DNA of 64,000 nt, taken from positions 66,154,001 to 66,218,000 of the forward strand of contig OZ024742.1 in assembly GCA_964016885.1 (NCBI GenBank). Direction: 5' to 3'. Within the stretch, counting starts at the first letter, position 1. The number at the start of each line of letters is the position of its first letter. The translations under genes and the position numbers were made by a program. This DNA comes from Eledone cirrhosa (taxonomy: Eukaryota). A model generated the notes under the pieces. It was not told the DNA's origin. It did not search any database and saw nothing but the letters and a program-made list of their open reading frames with translations. Positions 54,135 through 64,000 of the stretch are shown one piece after another.

Positions 54135-54543
54135 GATAATAGTGAGTAGAATCGAAGTTGCAGCTGCGATCGATACCATTTTTCGAAATCAATCTTCAGA
54201 AGCTGGCACGAAGCTCTAAATGAGATGATAATACAAACAGGTTAAAGACGTACTTGGACCTAAATGATAGATAATATATAAATATCTTCGACTGGTTTCT
54301 GGGAAATCGAAAGCTACACTCCCACTTGCGTAATATGTAAGTCAGTAATGTATCCGAAGATGGAACTAGGATATACTTTTCTGAAGAAAAGAAGATTCAC
54401 ATCCGGATTTTGGTGGCCAAATTCAAAATTGTGAAAAAGGCATCTATTCATAGCCTCCAGGTAAGCTCTCGACTATGTTATCAAACAAACAATAAATAAT
54501 TAATCAATTAATTAATCACTTACTTAATTATATAGATTACATT

Positions 54544-54579
<36 letters not shown>

Positions 54580-54584
<5 letters not shown>

Positions 54585-55024
54585 AACAAAAGATGGTTAA
54601 AAGAGTTCCATGTATTTTATTCTGCGCATTTCAAAAACAAATATCATCATGCAATATTATTTGTGTTTTCATGAGATAAAACAGGAAGACAGGATATGAA
54701 GGTTAAAAAAACACTTGTGGATAGTTCAGTTTTAAATCAACGTATATTAAATCAACTGATATTAAATATATGTTGATTTAAAACTGAACTATCCACAAGT
54801 GTTTTTTTAACCTTCATATCCTGTCTTCCTGTTTTATCTGATGAAAACACTAATATTATTGTATGATGATATTTGTTTTTGAAATGCGCATAATAAAATA
54901 CATGGAACTCTTTTAACCATCTTTTGTTCTTATATATTATGTATACTCCAGTCCTACAAACTGTAGAGTGCTTCTTATCCGATATCTGCATTGCTTTATT
55001 GTACTACAATAAAACTCACCTCCT

Positions 55025-55025
<1 letters not shown>
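54580..55025. mobile_element. Fold-back pLTR-type unit, family B copy 2
   Basis: ~170-bp arms ~54580-54748 and ~54763-54935 with a short spacer, plus the shared 3' tail. Confidence 0.85.
54832..54898 (+). ncRNA. Type I hammerhead ribozyme
   Basis: ttttat CTGATGA aaaca..tgttttt GAAA tgcgca TA ataaaa; the mirrored left-arm copy has core mutations. Confidence 0.82.
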
Positions 55026-55062
<37 letters not shown>

Positions 55063-55110
55063 AATGTAATCTGAGTTATTCGAATAACATTCGATTCCTT
55101 TGCAATTTTG

Positions 55111-55161
<51 letters not shown>

Positions 55162-55438
55162 CATATATATATATATTATATATATATATATATATATACA
55201 GAGATATCCACGGTAAGTCGTGGGGTCTAGTCTGCATTGCTTTTGACAACAGCTGGTGATATGCATGTAAGTAAATATTCTCCTTATCTGATATTTTGTA
55301 ACTAATCTTATATAGATATCGATAACGAAGTATAGTTACGGTGTATTCTCATCACCTAGAAACGATCGTAAAGCAGTGAAGTATATCTCTAATGACTTGA
55401 TTCTTTATTTCATTGTTTTAACTTATATATATATGTAT

Positions 55439-55988
55439 AATAAATCTAATCTGAGTTTTTCGAATATTATTAATAACATTCGACTCCTTTGCAATTTTGC
55501 AAACAAGCCTCAATTTTATAGCCATGTCACTAGAATGAACACTTCATTCTTGCTCTTGTGTTGGCTTGCGAACAGAACTGCAGACACTAATGTTTCTGGG
55601 TATCACCATTCATCAGTACATCTCACTGTTCACCTGCCATACTGTCAGAGCTAGTGAAAATATATGCTATTTTCAAAAATATAAAATGACTGATCGGCCA
55701 GACTTAGCAGACTGGCTGATCAGTCAGATCTGCATATTAGAAGATTCACTGATCAGCCAGATTTGCATATCAGCAGACTGGCCATTCAGTTTCCTGTATA
55801 CGAGCGATAAATGGCCGGCTTTGCCAAATTCAAATAAAAAAGAAAACTTTGCTCTACATGGCTGAATACAATAAATGTAATCTGAGTTTTTCGAATATTA
55901 ATAATAACATTCGATTCGTTTTAAATTTTGCAAACAATCCTCAATTGTATAGCCATGTCACTAGAATAAACACTTCATTCTTGCTCTT
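55439..55988 (-). mobile_element. Retrozyme-like non-coding unit: 119-bp direct repeats, period 431, one HHR
   Basis: 55439-55557 similar to 55870-55988; partial third copy 55059-55113; internal self-complementary block 55690-55790. Confidence 0.72.
55579..55620 (-). ncRNA. Type I hammerhead with GUC cleavage triplet
   Basis: RC: tgta CTGATGA a tgg-tgatac-cca GAAA cattagtg TC tgca. Confidence 0.85.
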
Positions 55989-56011
55989 CTTCTTTCTATT
56001 TTATATATATA

Positions 56012-56129
56012 TATATGAAAGATGTAAAATAAGAAAATTTTAAAAATTAAAAATTAACTTACTTACTAAAATTAGTAAGTAAGTTAATTTTTAATTTTTA
56101 AAATTTTCTTATTTTACGTCTTTCATATA
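56012..56129. repeat. Near-perfect AT-rich palindrome (~57-bp arms)
   Basis: tatgaaagatgtaaaataag..ttactaa aa ttagtaa..cttattttacgtctttcata. Confidence 0.93.
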
Positions 56130-56233
56130 ATTGTTCTGCATCCCCCTGCATTGAACCACCTAGGTACTTTGACATAACTTATATATTTACTAGTATTAGT
56201 GTACATCTGTACGCATATGTTGGTAGATGTATT

Positions 56234-56315
<82 letters not shown>

Positions 56316-59031
56316 GCACATATGTTTATCTGTATCAATGAATGTAATGGTGCTCGAGTTTCTTTACACATGTTTTATTTTCAATGAGAATCTCAATGAC
56401 AATGAAAACCTGTTCTGTGAAGCAATTAATCAAGTCATTGTATTACATCTCGTCATTATCAAAGAGAATTGATGGAACTGATTTGTTTGAATGTCTGAAC
56501 CCATTCATCTCCTAGAACCCTCCCCTCTCCAACTCTATCTTCCTACCCTACCTACTTTACCTACCTACCCACCGACCTATCTAACTATCAGTCTCACTTA
56601 TTGTATTTCTCTTTGTTACTACACTGATTACTCTGTGTAGTAGTAGTATCACGTTATGAATGGAACCTTCACACGATTAGTAATTATCGTCGCGTGTTCT
56701 AACCCGAGAAATACACAGACGTAATGAATTAACCATTTAGAAAGCTCTCTATTATTTCAGTGTAATACTGTACACATTATCAAACGGTGTATAATTAATT
56801 TGTTCATTCACAAATTTATTCGTGACATGCTCTAAAGTGAAATTAATATATATAATAAATGTTTTATTTAATGAATGAAATGGTGTATTCGACTCATTAA
56901 ACGGAATTGCGAGATGGATTTGTCTTTCATAAAAAAAAAAAAAATGACTTAATTAACTCTGCTTTGAAATTTAACAGTGTTGTTAAATTTGATAAATGAC
57001 CTGCAAACATATATGCCTTACTTAACAATTCTGCAAAATTAAACTAAAACACATCTGAAAGATATTAATTATTTAACCATACTTCCAAATTGGGTTAAAC
57101 AACCTGGGTGGATCTGGTTTAATTTTGTAAGCAATATTCAACTTTCTTCAATATGATTCAACACAATTTTTCTTTTCCTCTGTGTATAATTTTCAATTCT
57201 TATGAAGTGACGAAAGGAATGTTTCATAAATAATTAATATTTGCGCTACGTTAAATTGTGTGCTCGGTTGAATGGTGCATTTTGTTTTAGATATAATGAG
57301 TATTTATTGATAATGTAATAAGAATTCTAAGACGGTGAATTGGTGAGTTGTTACATCTTCGGATAGAATAGCTTGCGGTATCACCCAAGGTTCAAATCCA
57401 ACCATGTCAAATTTGTTTAATTTATTACTTGGTGAATAAATTATCAATTAATTTCTGGCGTCGATTACTTATATCTATCTTTATCTCATTCGGTGACTTT
57501 GCTGTGTGAGAATTGTCGTGGGGGACAAATATTAGTGTCCCTTACCCCCAAATTGAGAGTAATCTCTTCTCTTACTATAAATACCAGGCAATAGCGGGAT
57601 ACTTGTGGAATTCTTAAGGCGTCACACCTGATGGTGTGTGATAAATGTTCCGGCTGTTTATGTTTTTAAAGATAACACCTGCAACGGCACTGGAGAACAC
57701 TGGTGTGATATGGCGAGAGAAGTATTTTATACATTGGACACCCCGCTGGGTCTTCAATATAATGCATTATACTAGTCTGTGCTATTTACAGGCTATATTC
57801 CAGATAGAGTTCCATAGTTGTATGCGAATTAAGAAGACGCCCCTCGGTATTCTGCTGTAAGTACAGAAGGTGAGTATGTAAACAAAGCGATTTAAACTTG
57901 CAGATCAACGACTTCAAGGAAGGTATGCGCAGGGAAGATTCTAGGGGGTGTGCACTTCTAGAAATAAAAAAATTCCTGTGCGTATTGGTTAGAAACAATA
58001 TAGCGTAAGAGAAGAATAGAAACCTGTCTGTAAGGAGTGACAAAATGGCTTGGCACGAATAATAGAGACCACTGCTATGACGTTAAAACTACCGATAGAG
58101 AGGAAAAAGTACATTAGTATGCTAGAGCTTAGACCGTACCTCTAAGGAAATGTATGCTTATCAGTCGATTGGGCTTTCTCAGGATGCAGAAAAATATATC
58201 TGTATGTAAAGCTGTAATAATGTCGCAGTTGCGACAAGAATAATCCATTGACGATTTTATTTGGACTTAGTAGAACGTTTGTAATTAATGGAATAATAAT
58301 TTAAATGCAGCTCACGTATGTAGTTTCGTATCTTACGTTCAAATCACGTCAAGGCAAACATTGCATTTCATCACTAACGGGCGGAACATGTTACAAACAA
58401 CTGAGTATTTGGTGATTCCAATCGATTATCACATTTTCCAGATTCGAGGCCTTATACATACGTTAGAAATCAATAGCTAGTATTCTAAAAATATTTTGAT
58501 GTACTGAAAGAAAAATAAATGCAACAGAATACCAAAAAAGATACAAAGAACATTTATGTAATGAATATTTAAATACATCCTTATAATTATTTATTGATTT
58601 TTCCTTTTAAATTCGTCTCATTTGGATTCTATAATTATGAGGCGTCAAGTTAATTTATCATTTATGCATTTCATATATGTTGGATCTTTCGTTTTCTTTT
58701 TTATTTCTATTGTTTAACTTGAAGACATACAGATTTGACAATTGGAAGAAACTCATCGACAAACAAGAGCTATCGTAGGTACATTACTATGCTTAGTCTA
58801 CTCACAAGATATGTTGAGAAGTTGCAGTGAATAGTTTCAAGTATCTCCAGGAAATACCGATTAAATATTTTTTCTCTACGAGACAAGTAGGTGACAAGTA
58901 AATGAGTTTCATTTTCAAACCTATAAACGACGTGTAATGCCATTATTGAGTTTAGTTGTTTTAATTTGTATAACCAAATCATTTACATGCAGATTTACAT
59001 ATACACACACACACATACATACATACATACA

Positions 59032-62000
59032 TTATACTGTCAACGGGATCAGTCGCATATTTTGGCGTGGGAGACTATTTATTAAATTTAAGATGAATAC
59101 TATCTCCGACAGTAATGTCACAACTACAGTCATGTTGAATAACTGGTTATTCTTCTAACTATATCTTCTGAAGAGACCTTTTATTCGAATTCTTAGAGAT
59201 GTCCGACTAAATACATAATTCATTTTACAAGGATTTGCTACAAACAGCATGGCTGAACACAACATCAACAACAAAATTAAGGAAGTTTCGAAGACAACCA
59301 ACAAGAAAGGTAAACAAATGTTATTCAGTTGTAGCTACAGAAGCGACCGAAGTTATAAATCGCATTTCTCTTGGAGTTGCGGACTTAATAATGATTTATT
59401 TAATTGTTATAAAATGGCAAAAAACAATCCCTCCATTGGCTATATGAACAGAATGAAGCTACACTGGGACGAAATGCACCCAGAGCTAAATTATTTCACA
59501 GCGAAACAATTACGCCAACAAGCGACGTTTGCTGAACGTAAAAATAAGGTAAATAGTATTAATTGTAAGTCCCCCACAACAAACATGGAATCGACAACAC
59601 GTGCTACAGATCGCCATGCTACTAGACTTCCTAGCAGCCAGGTCGATCAGCGCCTTGAAACAACTATGTCTGTAAGAAACTTGACACCACCTGTACCATC
59701 TAAGTCTATCTCGAATGCTGGGGAAAACACTATCAATAATAATAATAATCGAAGAAATTTGACACCACGTGTACCATCCGAGTCTACCTCGACTGTTGTG
59801 GGAAATACTATCGATAATGATAATAATCAAAAGTATTCCCTCAACGAAACCTTCCAGAGAGAAATTAACTCATGTATAAATATCCCTCTTGCTGAACGTA
59901 TTAAATCGACAATGTTTAATAAAAAACAAAATAATGAAATATTACGTGTTATTGACGAAATAGGGGATGAATATTTACGGCAGATAAAAACCCCAACATT
60001 TTGGCAAATCAACGCCTATTTATATGCCTTAGCAACGACAGTGAAGCATTATCTTGGTGATAGCAGAGATAATAACAAGAACAGAATACCACCAATAATA
60101 CCATCATATATAACTAAAATAGAACAAATAATTGCTGACGTACAAAAAACCATTATATGGAAACAAACACAAAAAACCTCACTCCTCACCAACAGAGAGT
60201 GAAAAATAAAATAGAGACCACGTTTGGTAATAGTAGAACGATAACTCTTCAATATAAGCTGATCACCCTCAAACAAGAATTGAGAACTGTTAGCGTAAAA
60301 CGCCGATACCTGAAGAAGACAGATGAGAGAAAAGTGCTTAATAAAAGATTCAGACGAAACCAAACATCAGTCTATAAAGATATGAAGAACAAAATAATAA
60401 GTGTCACTGAGGCCCCATCCCAGAAAGACATATATTCCTTTTGGAGCATAATATGGGGTGGAAAGAAGAGTTTCAACCAAGATGCAGTGTGGCTAAGAAA
60501 ATCCGAAAGAACTATTGCTCCTACACTACAACAAAAACATACGAAATAAGTGATGGGTACCCTTGAGACTGTGATAGGAAAACTCCAAGATAAGAAAACA
60601 TCAGGAAGAGACATGATTGTCGGCTAGTGGTACACAACACTGATATTATATCTGAGGTATCTTACTGACCTCTACCAACAAGTTCTTAAGGGAGATACAC
60701 TTATACTAGAATGGTTGACATTAGCACAAACATTACTGGTCCCCAAGAACAAAGACACCCACTTGGCAAAAAACTACCGACCCATTGCATGCCAGAACCT
60801 AATGTATAAGATGTATACAGCCTGCCTAAACCTATTCCTCCAAGATCACTGTGAAAATAATACCATCATCACAGATGAACAAGCAGCTGGAAAGAAAGGG
60901 GTTTGGGGATGTGCTGAACAACTCCTAATCAACAAAACTGCGATGTCGGAGGTGCAGGAGGAATATGGCTACAGTTTGGCTGGACTACAGGAAAGCTTTC
61001 GATTCTGTTCCCCACTTTTGGATGATAGAGGCCCTCCAACTTGCTAAAGTCCCATACATTATTGTCAGAGCCATAGAGAGGTTGTCTTCTTCTTGGGCTA
61101 CTATCCTAAGGTTAAGGACAGAGAGGAGGATTCTACTTTCACTGATAAAATAAAATATCGCAGGGGTATATTTCAGTGGGGCGGACTCTCTGTGATATTA
61201 TTTATCTTGTAAATAAACCCCTTGTCCTTTCTGCTCAAGAAATGTGAGGGATATATCATTGGCTCACGAACCTAACCCATCTGAAACTCTATACCAAGAA
61301 CATGGATGGGATGAAGAAAAATCTTGATCTGGTTACAACGTTCTCAAAGGATATAGGAATGGAGTTTGGCCAAGATAAATGCTCATACATGACTGTAAAG
61401 TGGGGAAAAACAACAACCCAATCTAGCAACATTGTCATCAATGGCCTAACTGTTTCACCGATATCTGATGAGGACTGCTACAGATAACTGGGGATAGATG
61501 AGAACATATCCTATAATGGTATCTGTAATAAAGAACGCGTAACCCGATTAAGAAAGATCTGGTCATCGGAACTCTCTGCACAAAACAAAACAGTGGCTCA
61601 TAGTGTGTTTGCTGTGTCTGTCCTAACACCAACGTTTGGAATACTCAATTGGACGATAGACGATATTCGAGTAGTTGATGTTGGAACTCGAAAAATACTA
61701 AACAACACCGGAAACTTCCACATCAACAGTGACATAGACCCCCTTTACTTGAAACGTAAGCACGGAGGTAGAGGCCTAACATCAGTCCAGACAACATTTG
61801 AATATCTCATCATATCTCTCCGACAACATCTACGAACCTCGAAGCGTAGGAGCCCGTTTCTCGAGCAAGTCTATCTGCATGAAACAGATAAGATCATGAG
61901 AGTTGGTAAGGAACTCCTCGGGAGGTATTCCCTGTGAGATAATCAAAAATTCACACCCAGGGATGTCGCTCAGCAGTATCGCAGTGAATCCATGGATGAA

Positions 62001-63045
62001 AAAGGCATGCTTATCATAAAAAAATCATGCTTGGATATGTTGCCAGGATGCTCCAGAGTGAGAGTAATATAGATAAGGAAAGTAGTCTATTTCAGACCAA
62101 CAACCACTATATTGGCTCCCACTTTGAAGGATACGCTTTTGCAATCCAAGAACAGGTGATTAACACGAAATACCTGATTCACAAAAGAGATAGGGATTCA
62201 GGAAAAACACCTAGATGTGATAACAAGTGCAGACTCTGCAGAACTAACATCGAGGATATCACTCATGTCATCAGCAGCTGTCCAAAGATGTCATCGCGGT
62301 ACTATCTACCTATGAGGCATGATGTAGTGGCCAGAACATTGTACAATGCGGTTCGTAAAAAAGATAGCCCCGATAATAAACACATTAAAAGCTACAGCAA
62401 TGTGGAAGACATCCATGTACATAATAGGAAAGAGTACTGCTGGAATGTTCCAGTGAAAACCCCAATAAAATGCAGGCATAACAGACCAGATATTAAGATA
62501 TGGCTCAGGGAGAAGAAAGCATGCACAGTAGTGGAAATTAGCTGCCCTGCAGATGCCAATATAATATCATAGATTAGCGAAAAGGAGAATATTTATGCAG
62601 AACTGATGAGAAATCTGCAGATACTCCACCCTGATTACACCTTCAGATTTATGCCTGTGATTATTGGGGCACTGGGATATGTTAGTAACTGCTTCAATAC
62701 AAAGCTTGGGAAGCTAGGCTTCACAGGAACAGAAAGAACACAACTAGTTAGGAAATTACAAGTACAATCCATTAATGGAACAGTAAAAATATGTAAAACA
62801 TTCCAAACATTTTGCATCTAATAACTGCATATACACATTTACAGATACAAAGCATATACACATGCGTACTTCCAACTCAAAACATACACATCCACACATA
62901 GAATAACATCCATATCTACACATGAATGCATACATCATCTACCTAGTTGATGTGTAAATTCCAATGAGAGAGTCTTGTGTCTATGTTAGAAAGCGACTCT
63001 CTCTTTATTGGGAAAAAGAAGTTGTGAAATTATAAAGCCAGAAGA
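59032..63045 (+). mobile_element. Near full-length R4/Dong-like RLE non-LTR retrotransposon, disrupted ORF 59249-62821
   Basis: N-terminal GYMNRMKLHWDEMHP..QLRQQ; NYRPIACQNLMYK, WLDYRKAFDSVPH, IGMEFGQDKC; CRLC..EDITHVISSC, RHD, RPDI..VEISCP, PVIIGALG. Confidence 0.93.
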
Positions 63046-63220
63046 ACATAAATAGATACATACATAAATACAAACATAGCTGGTAGCGAAAATGTAAAAT
63101 CCCGACAGTTCTAGCTGTTAGCGAATAAACAACACGAAAATCGTGTATAGAGAATGCCAGCGGACTTAGACTATGTGAAATAATGCAGTAGCAAGAAACA
63201 CGGAACACTTACGTATGCAT

Positions 63221-63300
<80 letters not shown>

Positions 63301-63378
63301 AAACCGTGGCTTAACTTAAACCCTAGTACTTTTTAGCCACGCATCATTTTTTCCTTTTTCTCAATCTCTAAACCTCGT

Positions 63379-64000
63379 TTCTTCTTCTTCTTCTTCTTCT
63401 TCTTCTTCTTCTTCTTCTTCTTCTTCTTCTTCTTCTTCTTCTTCTTCTTCTTCTTCTTCTTCGCCCAATTATTCCTGAGAATAGCCATCAAATACGCTTT
63501 TCAGCGAGGTCTCTCCGAGGCAAGATTCATTCCTTTGAAATTCTTGCCGCATGCCCATTGTATCGGAGCTGTGATCTCTCAATTCGGAGAAGTAGCGGCT
63601 CTACCTGGGGCGACTCTTTGATCCTCTGAGCTATGCACGCTATCAAGTAACGTTACTCCAAACACCCTTCGCAGGAACCCCATGTCGGCCGCTTTTATTC
63701 GCGATCTTATTCTTCCGGTTAGTACCAAAGAATTGTGACGATACGTAAAGGTTGGCACGAATCTCGAATTGAAGATAGCGAGTTCGTTTTTTAAATCTAC
63801 CTCCCTTGTTCCGCTTACTGAATGCTGAAGGGACGCATTACTGTACCAGCTCCTGCAATTCTTAAATTTAAGTCAGCATCCTGCCTTCCATCACTCGTGA
63901 AAACAGCCTCGAGATACTTGAATACCTCCACCTGCTTCAGTGGAGCTCCATTCAAATATTGTGTGCACTGCGCAGGCTTCTTTGAAAGGAAGAGTGTCTC
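63379..64000 (-). mobile_element. RTE-clade LINE 3' end with long (GAA)n tail, runs off the window
   Basis: Clear nucleotide similarity to 12132-12780 (cggccgcttttattcgcgatc; cgagatacttgaa; ctgcttcagtgga). Confidence 0.88.

Noticed and set aside
57791-57869. Candidate exon between tttacag and AAG|GTGAGT
   Set aside because: Stop codons in all three frames and no other support

Overview
AT-rich, microsatellite-laden animal DNA with no intact host protein gene. The SINE repertoire and (TA)n/(GA)n/(CA)n/(GTA)n density suggest a coleoid cephalopod, probably octopus (inference, not database-checked). Content is almost all retroelements: many tRNA-headed Meta-type SINEs, RTE-clade LINEs (one near full-length at 46.7-49.7 kb), R4/Dong-like RLE LINEs (one near full-length at 59-63 kb), a CRE-clade RLE fragment, and several Penelope-like element (PLE) remnants. 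Most ORFs in the track are microsatellite artefacts. The strongest signal is RNA structure: about 15 type I hammerhead ribozyme (HHR) motifs from roughly ten unrelated sequence families, including U3-A8 and U4C core variants. Most sit in short non-coding units in (TA)n tracts, either as fold-back hairpins with HHRs on both strands or as 1.1-1.4-mer direct-repeat units resembling retrozymes. All structures were paired by eye.
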